Part shown: piece after piece, positions 1 through 12,242 of the stretch | Layout of the letters: each line of letters begins with the position of its first letter | Position numbering within the stretch: position 1 is the first letter of the stretch | Source of the DNA: Octopus bimaculoides | Taxonomy: Eukaryota | Direction: 5' to 3' | Assembly: GCF_001194135.2 (NCBI RefSeq) | Contig: NC_068989.1 | Location: 7,288,694-7,327,655, forward strand | DNA: 38,962 nt | The notes under the pieces: generated by a model | The model's input: the letters and a program-made list of their open reading frames with translations, nothing else | The model's database searches: none | What the model was told of the DNA's origin: nothing | Position numbers and translations under genes: made by a program

Positions 1-3
1 CGA

Positions 4-353
4 TAGGAGTGGCTGTGTGGTAAGTAGCTTGCTTACCAACCACATGGTTCCGGGTTCATTCCCACTGTGTGGCACCTTGGGCAAGTGTCTTCTACTATAG
101 CCTCAGGCCGACCAAAGCTTTGTGAGTGGATTTGGTAGACGGAAACTGAAAGAAGCCCGTCGTGTGTTTGTCCCCCCAACATCGCTTGACAACCAATGCT
201 GGTGTGTTTACGTCCCCGTAACTTAGTGGTTCGGCAAGAGATCGATAGAATAAGTGCTAGGCTTCCAAAGAATAAGTCCTGGGGTCGATTTGCTCGACTA
301 AAAGGCGGTGCTCCAGCATGGCCACAGTCAAATGACTGAAACAAGTAAAAGAG
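4..353 (+). mobile_element. tRNA-derived SINE family 1, full-length copy
   Basis: Pol III A-box-like GTGGCTGTGTGG and B-box-like GGTTCATTCCC; many copies: about 4090-4380(-), 7940-8185(+), 8790-9158(-), 13385-13650(-), 16900-17145(-), 18160-18545(-), 18570-18930(-), 31830-31950(+), 33175-33375(+). Confidence 0.9.
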
Positions 354-519
354 CATCCATTTACCTTTATACTATAAATGCTTTTACAGGTATATTTCAG
401 CAATTTTCTCTGAAGTTACTCATCTAAGCAATCCCTCCATTACTCAGAGATTCTGTGTGTGTGTGTGTGTGTGTGTGTAATAGATACATCTGTTACAGGC
501 ATGTAGGTTGTCTTATTTT

Positions 520-642
520 TTATTTCTTTTTGATACACAAACACACACACACATATATACAAACAAGTAATGAAATGGCGGAAGTAAAGAAAAATAACTC
601 AGATGTTATTGAAGTTGGCAAAATATCATTAGAGGATGATAC
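520..642 (-). CDS. Putative terminal exon (VSSSNDILPTSITSELFFFTSAISLLVCIYVCVCLCIKKK*)
   Basis: Strong minus acceptor gtttgttttcttcag|; phase-0 frame gives an S/T-rich stretch plus a hydrophobic tail, but part of the tail is a (GT)n microsatellite. Confidence 0.28.
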   Translation of the reverse strand, partial: VSSSNDILPTSITSELFFFTSAISLLVCIYVCVCLCIKKK

Positions 643-2495
643 CTGAAGAAAACAAACGGCAAGGTGTTCTTCATCACCTCCTACTCTCATGATGGTGGTG
701 AAATTGGTTATAACTTAGACACAAGGCTTGAAATTTAGATGGAGCAAATTGCTTTTAATTTACTGTTACATTTTATTCTAGATTTTAACTGCAAAAAGAC
801 TGGGGTACCACTTAAACATGGGGCAAAGTTTGAAAATGAAGGGAGAAAATATCATACTAAGATTTAACACTGAATAAGGGGTGCAATTTATAGATGAGTA
901 AAAACGGTAATCGGTTAGTCAATCCCAGAACTTGACTCGTATTTTATATTATAGCCTCTGGTGGAATGAAAAGTAAAACTGGTTTTGATAGGATTTTAAC
1001 ACAAGAAGATATTTAAAAGTTCCGATGCTTTAATGATTCCACCAATCCATGAAGCAATGACCTTTTTCTTTATTAATTAACCCATTAAGTCCCAGACTAA
1101 TTAAATTTCTGAACATTACTTTTAAATTTTCACAGATGATTGAAAATAGACTAAAATGAAAAATCAATTATTAAAACTCCTTTACTTCAAGTAGAAATGG
1201 AAATACTCGATGTCCTATAAATAAGACACCGAGACAATGTGATATAGCTTATTTAAGGTTTTCATTTAGTGTCCTATTTATAGGACAGTGGGACTTAATG
1301 GGTTAATCTTTTCTACTCTAGGCACAAGGCCCAAAATTTGTGGGGAGGGGAGGGGACAGTCGATTAGATCAACCCCAGTACGCAATTGGTACTTAATTTA
1401 TCGACCGCAAAAGGATGAAAGGCAAAGTCGACCTCGGCGGAATTTGAACTCAGAACATAAAGACAGACGAAACACCGCTAAACATTTTGCCCAGCATGCT
1501 ANNNNNNNNNNNNNNNNNNNNNNNNNNNNNNNNNNNNNNNNNNNNNNNNNNNNNNNNNNNNNNNNNNNNNNNNNNNNNNNNNNNNNNNNNNNNNNNNNNN
1601 NNNNNNNNNNNNNNNNNNNNNNNNNNNNNNNNNNNNNNNNNNNNNNNNNNNNNNNNNNNNNNNNNNNNNNNNNNNNNNNNNNNNNNNNNNNNNNNNNNNN
1701 NNNNNNNNNNNNNNNNNNNNNNNNNNNNNNNNNNNNNNNNNNNNNNNNNNNNNNNNNNNNNNNNNNNNNNNNNNNNNNNNNNNNNNNNNNNNNNNNNNNN
1801 NNNNNNNNNNNNNNNNATAAAAATACAGCATTTTCATGTGTAAAGGCAAGCAGTGTTTATTATATGCGACATATTTAATAATTCCCATTGTTATTGTTAG
1901 TCGAGTTTGCTTTTCATCTATTTGGAGGGGTGGGGGGTCAAGAAAATAAATACCAGTTAAGTACTGGGGTCGACGTAATCGACCCCCCCCCCACTCCCTT
2001 CAAAATCTGCTCGCCTTGTGCCAAAAACTTGAAGCCATTATTATTATTATTTCGCCCGTCGCTACGTTCTGAGTTCAAATTGCGTCGAGGTCGACTTTAC
2101 CTTTCATCCTTTCGGGGGTTGATAAATTAAGTACCAGTTGAGTACTGGGTCGATGTAATCGACTATCCCCCTCCCCCAAATTTCAAACCTTGTGCCTATT
2201 ATAAAAAGGATTATTATTATTATCATTATTATTATTTCCCCTATTTTAGGTGATCGCTACCAGACACTAGGATCGATGCTTTCGACCTAACCCCTTACCC
2301 TAAAAAGTGCTAACTTTGTGCCTAAATTAGATCCAATTACTTCTCTAATTATCATCACCATCATCATTATCTTTTATGAGAGTAATCGTTTTATACTTAC
2401 CTAGTACGGTACGTAATCCTACTCTTAGCTCAAGTTTGCCTGGAGAGAGAGAGAGAGAGAGAAAGAATGACAGATTAATACATATAAGAACGGGC

Positions 2496-2616
2496 ACTAC
2501 TTAAATATAGAGGTCCCAATGCATCTACGTAACGATTTGTTCTTGCAGTGTACACTCGTTAGGGGTTAGGGTTAGTTTTAGGGTTACGTAGATGCGTCGG
2601 GACCTCTCTAAGTAGT
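2496..2616. mobile_element. MITE-like foldback element enclosing TTAGGG-like repeats
   Basis: Imperfect inverted arms of about 35 bp (actactta..agaggtccc..gcatctacgtaac / gttacgtagatgc..gggacctct..taagtagt). Confidence 0.6.
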
Positions 2617-2668
2617 ACCTAAGAATGTTTATTTACAGAACCGTAAGCATGTAAAAAAAATTAACCCA

Positions 2669-2707
<39 letters not shown>

Positions 2708-4482
2708 AACACTATATATATATATGTTGGTCGAGTTAGTCTTAAAACTTGTCTGAATACCCTGTGTATGTACCCTCGGATGAAACTCACAGCAGCAAGA
2801 GAGTGATCCGACCAAAATAGAAAATATATATATATATATTATTAATCTCTACAATGGTATCGAGTACTCTTTTGTCCGACAAAATTAAACATGTATTTTG
2901 TGAGTGTGTGTGTGTGTGTGTGTGTGTAACAAGGCGCATTAGTACGTTTTGACTAAATTGCTTCTCACCTTTTGTGTTCCGCTGCGTTTGAAATAAAGTA
3001 GAAAAGAGAACGTATTAATTATTAAGATAAATAGATATTAATGTACGGTTTGTTTCCTTAGTTCCTAAGTATCCAGTTTTGCTGGTAAAATAGCCGTCAC
3101 TTCGCGTCGGAACTAAGGAGTAAACTGAGATATATAGAAAAAAAAACTAAGGAAAGAGAGAGTAAGAGTCGGAGGNNNNNNNNNNNNNNNNNNNNNNNNN
3201 NNNNNNNNNNNNNNNNNNNNNNNNNNNNNNNNNNNNNNNNNNNNNNNNNNNNNNNNNNNNNNNNNNNNNNNNNNNAAAAAAAATACGCGTGAAAATATGT
3301 ATAAACCATAATTAAGACAAAAATAAGATAAGTTTCTTTTAATTTTCATGTTACGTCATTTTACGAATTACGTCATGTCTTGGAACTTATTACCGATGTA
3401 AGTTGCATATATGTATGTGTGCATACATGTATGTATATATATCTATACATATACACCCACACACACAGAGAAAAGTTTAGTAAGACAAACAATAGAGAAC
3501 TCAATAAATGAGTGTATATATATATATATAATCGTTATAATTGGCAGAAGTTATAAATTGACTTGTGGGCCAAGAGTTTTGTGCACCGAGTTGTTTTGGT
3601 TCGCCTATTTTCTCCTCACAACTCACACAGCAAGTAATTTCACAGCCACACCTCTTCCTTCCTACGCCCAACTGAGTCAATTTTTTTATCTTGTGTGATT
3701 CTATAAAAGAGGGGGGAGGAGGAAATGAACGAGGTAGAGAAAGCATATTGCATTTCTCTCTCTCTCTAGTGTGAGTAAGTGTGTGAATGAAAGAGATAGA
3801 GGGGGAGGCGAATGAAGACGCGAAGATAGATTCTGAATATGTGGGACTTTGTCTATCAAAGACAGAAAGCAAATTTATACGCCTGTTGATATGTATTCTG
3901 TTCTACTTATTTCAGTTTTTGGGGGGACTGCGACCATGCTGGGGCAACGCCAAACAAATCAACCGCAGTACTTAATTTTAATTCCATTCTATCGGTTTCT
4001 GTTGCCGAACCGTAAAGTTGTAGCGACGTAGAGAAACCAATACCAGTTGTCAAACGGTGGTGGGCAACAAACACACATTAAGCATATTCTTTTATTCTTT
4101 TACTTGTTCCAGTCATTTTGACTGCGGCCATGCTGGAGCACTGTCGACCCCATGACTTATTCTTTGTCAAGCGATGGTGGAGGAACAACTACACACACAC
4201 GTATATACATATATATATACGGCGGGCTTCTTTCAGTTTCCGTCTACCAAATCCACTCACAAGGCTTTGGTCAGGCCAAGGCTATAGGAGAAGACACTTG
4301 CCCAAGGTACCACGCAGTGGGACTGAACCCGGAACCATGTGGTTGGGAAGCAGGCTACTTACCACACAGCCATGCCAGCGCCTGGATATAAAGGGAGATA
4401 CCAAGTCCTAGATGAAGAATTTGGCGTCTTTGTGTTTTCTATACTGAGCATATCTCGCTATCACCTCTTCTCTCTCTCTCTT

Positions 4483-4515
<33 letters not shown>

Positions 4516-5890
4516 ATGTGTAATGAAAAAGAATTATGTCCTCCTCATACAACTTCTGTTCAGTTTGAATATGGAACCAGCAGATGGATCACTTTTATCT
4601 TATCTCACCAAGATCAATATAATAAAAAGAATATTCAACTCGTACTAACTATACCATCGTCGTCATCATTTATAAGAGATAGGATAAAGCGGAATCTAAC
4701 CGAACCAGCCAACCAACGAGATTGAATAAAAAAGAAGAAAAAAAGCACCAAAAACCGGTCGCCAAGCCAGTTGCATACCAGTTCTACAGACAGTGGTTGG
4801 AGTCTCTCAGCTCCCCAAATATGGCATGAAAACGAAGCTGTTCCTCAACCTGTCAGCTTGCTGCTAGATTGTCTGTGCAGGATGGTTTGGTTTTGTGGTT
4901 TTTTCTTTCTTTCTAAGTTAGTCAGTCAGTCAGTATGGTTCTACGCTGGATGTTACAAACTTCGTTTTGCAGCTCGAACTAATGTATGTTCCCCACCAGA
5001 TGGATTGAAATATGTGAGGGGGAGAGAGAGAGACAGACAGACAGAGAGAGGGTGAGATAGCGAGAATAATTGATTGATTGTATTGTTGTATGGATAAATG
5101 ACTGGCTTTGACGTACAAACAACTTTTTTTCGTCTTTCCTTTCCATCTGGTGCTTACACAAACCCAAAACAAACCAGTTTCCTCTTCCTCCCACCACAAA
5201 ATATTTATGCGCTCAGTCAATAACCTACCTTACTTCACACACATACTCTCTCTATCCCTCTCGCACTATCTACCTATCTATCTAAATCTATCTCTCACCT
5301 TTCATTTAATCCTATACTCACTTTTCTCTCTCTCACACTCACACTAACTCTATTACTTCTCCTTTCACGCTGCTTCTGCATACATACAAATGCACAATCT
5401 CTCACAGAATACACACGCAAACACACACACAATCTTTCTCACATACACGTAATTCCTGCTGCAACTCAAACAAATCTATGCACAAACCTACCCTTTCACT
5501 CAAATCTCACACAAAAGTTCACAGGAGTAAATAAACAAGACCTACTTCCACCACCGCCGCCCCCTCNNNNNNNNNNNNNNNNNNNNNNNNNNNNNNNNNN
5601 NNNNNNNNNNNNNNNNNNNNNNNNNNNNNNNNNNNNNNNNNNNNNNNNNNNNNNNNNNNNNNNNNNNNNNNNNNNNNNNNNNNNNNNNNNNNNNNNNNNN
5701 NNNNNNNNNNNNNNNNNNNNNNNNNNNNNNNNNNNNNTTGACATTTTTGCACCTTCCCCCTTACTCCCTCACTTTCTTCATTTGGTAAATTTTCAGATTA
5801 ACACCTGCACGATGCTCCTTGCACCCTTGGTCACTTTTCAGTAACAGTGAATCGCATGCACGCGCGACAGGCTTCTTTCAGTTTCCGCCA

Positions 5891-6635
5891 TTCAGAAGTT
5901 TGTGAATATGAAGTTTGACCAATGAATAACTATATTTTGCTGAAGAGCTCTAATAAGGCAGAAACATATCTTTTCCACCACCACATTGCCTGATTTTAAT
6001 TATAATTAGTTAAGAAGCACAAGGCCTTGGTATAGTCGAAGACACTTGTTCAAAGTGACACACAGTGGGACAGAACCCAAAACCATGTGGTCGGGAAGCA
6101 AACTGCTTACCTCACAGCCATGTCTGTGCCTGTTCGAAATATTGAGGAATTAATATGAGGAAAGCAAGAATTTAGTTATCAAAGAGGAAGGATCTAGAAA
6201 GATGAAGAATTGATAAAATTGGTAAGTTAAGCTTGCATGAATAAGTTCCATGTATGTGATGAAGAATAAAGTGCTCTGCCAAGTGAACTAATTAGAGAGA
6301 GGACTAAGTGCTCCCCCCTCAACTTGCCTCACCCCAAAATTTGGCAGCAAGTAGAGAAATACATTTGTGCATGGATGCAGAATAAATAAATAAATAAATA
6401 AATAAATAAAGGGATGGGAGAAAGGAAAAAAAAGAAACAAAGGAGAAAACACTTTCAGAAGTTTGTGAATGTGAAGTTTGGCCAGTGAATAACTATATCT
6501 TGCTGAGGAGCTCTAATAAGGCAGAAACATATCTTCAGTTATCACCATGACATGTTGATAGTATGTCTGCTAAAGGTGACACTAATCTTTTCCACCACCA
6601 CCACATTGCCTAATTTTAATTATAATTAGTTAAGA
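5891..6635 (+). repeat. Local dispersed duplication (5891-6015 and 6454-6635)
   Basis: ttcagaagtttgtgaat...ctctaataaggcagaaacatatctt...ccacattgcc...tataattagttaaga occurs twice. Confidence 0.9.
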
Positions 6636-8375
6636 CTGAGATGTATCGGCTTAGAAAAAAAAGAAATAAACTTTTTAAAAATATTTTATCTTGAGTTATT
6701 TCTTCTGATTTTTAATTTCATCAAACAGCTCTACGTAATAAATGCTGCTTGATTGATTTCTCCAGTCACAGTTTACATTATATAAAGAGAAGGGGAGAGA
6801 GTAAAAGAAAGATACAGAGTTAAAATAAGAGGTGCCGGATGAGTGCACATACTAGGCTTGGTGGCAGGCAATGGGTAAAAGAATAACTCTTGCCCCCACA
6901 CTCACACACAGTGGGAGAGAAAGAATCAGAGAAATGGGAATAGTAGGAGGAGAAGGAGTAAATGACAGACTAATTAATATTTTCCTGTACAATTTACATC
7001 CTTTTATGCTGAAGGAAGACTTAGCCATTTGATAAATAGAGACAAACAAAAATACCAGACAAATTACTGGAATCAATATCAATGGCTAAAAGTCTCCAGA
7101 AGATTATGCCACAACATGGCTGCAGTCCAAACACTACAGCCTGTGAAAGAACCCTTTCTATTATAGGCATGGCCTGAAATTTTGTTGGGGTAAGGCTAGT
7201 TAATTACATTGACCCCCAGCACTGAACTGGTACTTATTTTATCAACCCCAAAAAGAACGAAAGTCCAAATCAAATTCAGCAGAATTTGAACACAGGTCAT
7301 AAAACTAAAAGAAATGTTACTAAGTGTTTAGACTGGTGTGCTAGCGATTCCATAGGCTTTTGTCAGCCTATGGACATAGGAAACACCAGCCCAAAGTACC
7401 TCAAAGTGGGACTGAACCCAGAACCCTATGGTTAGGAAGTAAAGTTCTTAACCACACAGCCACATCTGCACCTATTATTCACTTCAATTTCTTTTCTTTT
7501 TTGTTTGAATATTTTAAAAATAAAACCTTAATAGTTAACTGCATAAAATAAATACTAAACATTCTTTGCTTTGAAAGTTTAATTTAGCACAGAATTAATG
7601 TCTCAATCATGAGCACATATGTGTTAATTGGTTAACCCAGTCATTCAGTTAATTTGCATACTGATGTTTTATGCATATATTATATCCATATTCCCTTTAA
7701 TATTTTTTTTGATTACCAAATTAATTTTCCCCAAACATTCTGCTCTCTCTCTCTCTCAATGTTCTGCATTCAAATGGTACAGGATTTTTTTCCCTCTAAT
7801 CTACTTTGCTGTTTTTATTCCTCCAGGGGTAGAAGCATCAAAAATAAGTACTAAGAATGGGAGGAAATGGTGATTATATCGATTGTAAATAGTATTTATC
7901 TTTCGCCAGATGGAGCACTTTTTTTGTTGATCTTACCCTGAGTGGCTGTGTGGTAGGTAGCTTGCTTACCAACCACATGGTTCCGGGTTCATTCCCACTG
8001 CGTGGCACCTTGGGCAAGTGTCTTCTACTATAGCCTCGGGCCAACCAAAGCCTTGTGAGTGGATTTGGTAGATGGAAACTGAATGAAGCCCATCGTATAT
8101 NNNNNNNNNNTGGGGTCAATTTTCTCGACTAAAGGCGGTGCTCCAGCATGGCTGCAGTCAAATGACTGAAACAAATAAAAGAGTAAAGAGTATATAAATG
8201 AAAAAGTAAATTTTATTTGCCAACAGAATGTGGCAGTCCTATAAAGGACGATGTTACTGTTGTTTTAGCCCCAGGAAAACATCTTTTTCAGCTGGCTATC
8301 AACACACAATTTGTGTCCGTTTAGCATTTGTAAGGGAGGTCATGGCTCCCATCTCTAGCCTTACGTGATACTCAC

Positions 8376-8612
8376 AGACGTAGGCTTCTGGGTGTCTTCA
8401 GTGTAAGAAACCATATATAAGGAACACAAGAAAAGGAGATGATTTTGATGCTTTGTATAATAATGTACATGTGTTTGATGAGATTGGTAGACATCAATTA
8501 TGGAAGCATGAAACTCAGTAACGGAAAACAAATTCTGCTGATCACATCCATCAGCCTTACTCAGCCAGAATGCAACACAAAAGAAAAAGAGGGAGGCCTT
8601 TATAAACACCAT
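8376..8612 (-). CDS. Putative exon of unknown minus-strand gene, signal-peptide-like N-terminus (MVFIKASLFFFCVAFWLSKADGCDQQNLF...DTQKPTS)
   Basis: On the minus strand, cccttcttatttgcag|ATG acceptor and TCT|GTGAGT donor; 237 nt, and only the phase-0 frame is open; no family recognised. Confidence 0.42.
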
Positions 8613-8789
8613 CTGCAAATAAGAAGGGCAGGGTTAACATAGGAGAATAGAACAGAAGGAGGAGGTGAGAGGGTAAGAGGGCATGAGAAGGGAGGGAGTG
8701 GGATGAGGTGGAGGAAAGAAAAGGAAGCCTTGTGTAAACCTATCCCCCCCGACCACCGCATCTCACCCAAAGTAATATAATATCAGTAA

Positions 8790-9158
8790 TACTCTTTACT
8801 CTTTTACTTGTTTCAGTCATTTGACTGCGACCATGCTGGAGCACCGCCTTTCAGTCGAGCAAATCGACCCCAGGACTTATTCTTTGTAAGCCTAGTATTT
8901 GTTCTATCGGTCTCTTTTTGCCGAACCGCTAAGTCACGGGGACGTAAACACACCACCATCAGTTGTCAAGCAATGCTACGGGGACAAACACATATATACG
9001 ACAGGCTTCTTTCAGTTTCCATCTACCAAATCCACTCATAAAGTTTGGTCGGCCCGAGGCTATAGTAGAAGACACTTGCCCAAGGTGCCACACAGTGGGA
9101 ATGAACCCGGAACCATGTGGTTCGTAAGCAAGCTACTTGCCACACAGCTACTCCTACG
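8790..9158 (-). mobile_element. SINE family 1, full-length reverse copy
   Basis: Reverse complement of the 4-353 element along its whole length. Confidence 0.9.
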
Positions 9159-9300
9159 CCTATATGGTTAGACTATAGAAATATGTCTGTTGAATAATCC
9201 TAGCTTTGCAATAATTCTGAAATACAGGATACATTCTGAAATACACTCTTAACAAAATAAATTTATTTAAATCTAAACCCCAACCATTCCTCTACTCATC

Positions 9301-9355
<55 letters not shown>

Positions 9356-9992
9356 TAGACACACACAGGGCATGAGACAAAGGGCAATATTCAAGTTTAG
9401 TGACATCTCCCCACATCCTACAACTGGCATTTGTAAAAGGTTATCTCTAGGGCGAGGACAAGGAATAATTGAAAGTGGAACAGAGTGGTGGTGATGGTGA
9501 TGATTGTAGTGTTGTGATGGTGGTGGTGGTGGTGGTAATGGTGTTGGTGCTTGAGTTGATGGAGGTGGCAGCAGGTTGTGGAGATGGTGGTGCTGTTAAT
9601 GATATCTGGGAAGCCAGTGGTAATGGAGGTGATTGTAGCAGTGGTGGTGGGTACAATGTTTGAAAGGGAGACAACCTCTCTACTGGGTCAGCACTCCAGT
9701 CACCAACATGTACAATGGGTCTGTAATAAGAGAATAGCTTTTATGTAGCTTTGTGTGCTGGTGTGTGTATATGTACATGCAGGATATATAACTGTGTTTA
9801 TATGGTTAGCTGCACATGTATTACGTGAAGCACTCTGCAAATACTCACACACACATTCAATGTAAGGAGGGGTAATGAGTCAGGTTGCACAGGTGTTATT
9901 TGGAAACAGGTAAAGACAGGAAGGGCATCCAGCCATAGAAAATTTGCCTCAACAAATTCCATTTGATTTAGGAAAACATGAGAAAGTTGACA

Positions 9993-10474
9993 TTAACCCT
10001 TTCGTTATTGTATCTATTTTGAGATGCTCTGTGTTTCTTTCAATTACTTTAAATATAACAAATAATTTAGTAAAATAACTTAGTTATCATTAAGCTAGTG
10101 TTAGGAACATAAATTGTGACTGAGGTTTGGTGGAAGATTTTAATTCAAAACTTATGAAAACAAGACATTTGTACTCAGAGCCAGAAGCGGTTTCAGCCAG
10201 GTTGGTATCAAAAGGGTTAAGAATTGTTTCTCTGTTATATATTTTAACCCTTTTGTTACCATATTTCTGTTTGAGATGCTCTGTGTGTCTTTCAATTAAT
10301 TTTAAATATAACAAATAATTTAGTAAAATAACTTAGTTATCATTAAGCTAGTGTTAGGAACATAAATTGTGACTAAGGTTTGGTGGAAGATTTTAATTCA
10401 AAACTTACGAAAACAAGACATTTGTACTACAGAGCCAGAGCTGGTTTCATCTGGATTGGTACCAAAAGGGTTAA
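9993..10474 (+). mobile_element. Tandem pair of piggyBac-like MITEs (9997-10216, 10248-10470)
   Basis: Each is bounded by TTAA|CCCTTT...AAAGGG|TTAA, the piggyBac-type termini and TTAA target site. Confidence 0.8.
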
Positions 10475-11950
10475 GAATTGTTTCTCTATTAAATATTTTT
10501 CGTGGAGTCTAATTTGTTATAAGCATTTGAAACAAATACCAATAGGTGCAGGTACACACACACACACAAAACTAGGACTCTTTCTGTTTCCATTTATCAA
10601 ATCTGCTTACAATTAAGTATTGGGTTGGTTCTGAGCTATAGTAAAAGACACTTGCCCAAGATGCCATGCCATGCAAGGGGACTGAATCCTAAACCATGTG
10701 GATGGGAAGCAAACTTCTTAACGATTCCAGCCACACCTGCATACACACACACACATTCATGTTTACTAACATTGACTTATGGAATCTGTGAATATCTTTC
10801 AACGCGCGTGTGTGTGTGTGTGTGTGTGTACATGGTTGTGTATCTGTATATGGTGCGTTAAGAGAGTATGAATCTGTACGGGATGTTAGCTTTATTAATC
10901 ATCAACAAAACTGAGCAGCAACCTCTTTCTTGGAGCATAAGACATCAGTTAGTGATAACAGAGATAAAGCAATCGCTAGCAGGCACACACACACACTCTC
11001 TCTCTCTCTCTCTCACATACACACACACACTCTCTCTCTCTTTCTCACACACACACACAACCTCCTCCTGCTGTTATCCACAAACCAAGCACTTAGAATT
11101 GCTTCCTAGATATTGCTAAAGGAGGAATCATTCAGCTTGGAATATAAACTGAATAAATACCAGCTTCTAATACCTCTCTCTCTTTCTCAATATAATTCTC
11201 ATCCAACTGCCACTTCTGCAGCCTTACTTTTATCATTCTCTCCTTCCCAGCCATGCCCCTCCCATCCCAACACTTCTTCCTTTTACCATCAAGATATAAA
11301 AATGTCTCAACTACACCACACAACACACTCCCTCCGCTCTCTTCTCTTTACTCAATCCTCCCCCCCCTCCTCCTCCACCTCATCTAAGCACCGGAGGGGG
11401 AGGGGGGTCTTCCCAAACTCCAAGTTAAACATGACAAGACATTTCCTCTTTTGATGCTTCAAATTCTTGTTTTGTTTGTTTTTGTCTATTTTTTGTTTAT
11501 TTTTTTTAATTGATTCAGTCGTTGGACTGTAGTGGGGGGGGGGGGACAAACACATCTTTGACTAGTTTTCGTTATAAGATTGTGGCCATGCTGTATCACC
11601 ACATTGAAAAACTTTTTTAGTCAAATGAATCGACCCCAGTATTTTTTTTTTTGTCTTAATTTTCAACTAGATATTTATTTTGTCAGTTTCTTTTGCTGAA
11701 CTGCTAGGTTATGGGTACATAAACAAACCAACACCGGACAAACACAAGCACAAAGACACACACACACACATACACAACTGGCAAAAATGAGTGGTACCTG
11801 TATTTCAAAGGAGCAGCCTTGTCACACTCTGTGTCATGCTGAATCTCCCTGAGAACTATGTCAAGGGTACACATGTTTGTAGAGTACTCAACCACCTACA
11901 CGTTAATTTCATGACCAAGCTGTTCTATTGTTCCATATACACACAACAGA

Positions 11951-12242
11951 GTGCTAAGTTCCTTTCAAGCATTGGGCCTCACAGAGGCAAAGTGGCTGAG
12001 TTCTTTTCAAGCATTGGGCCTCACAGAGGCAAAGTGGCTGAGTTCTTTTCAAGCGTTGGGCCTCACAGAGGCAAGGTGGCTGAGTTCTTTTCAAACGTTG
12101 GGCCTCACAGAGGCAAGGTGGCTGAGTTCTTTTCAAACGTTGGGCCTCACAGAGGCAAGGTGGCTGAGTTCTTTTCAAGCGTCGGGCCTCACAGAGGCAA
12201 GGTGGCTGAGTTCTTTTCAAGCGTTGGGCCTCACAGAGGCAA
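11951..12242 (+). repeat. 42-bp tandem array, 6 full units plus 1 partial
   Basis: Unit GTTCTTTTCAAGCGTTGGGCCTCACAGAGGCAAGGTGGCTGA starts at 11958, 12000, 12042, 12084, 12126, 12168 and 12210. Confidence 0.97.

Noticed and set aside
455-646. Plus ORF ending MAEVKKNNSDVIEVGKISLEDDT
   Set aside because: Starts in a (GT)n tract, has no convincing acceptor, and the minus strand has the better splice signal
4560-5055. Several 40-110 codon open frames in unique sequence
   Set aside because: No recognisable domain and no consistent splice pair; may be UTR
9447-9674. Pro/Thr-rich mucin-like minus ORF
   Set aside because: Mostly a degenerate (TGG/CCA)n simple repeat with no ATG; the upstream acceptor at 9720 is noted but not enough
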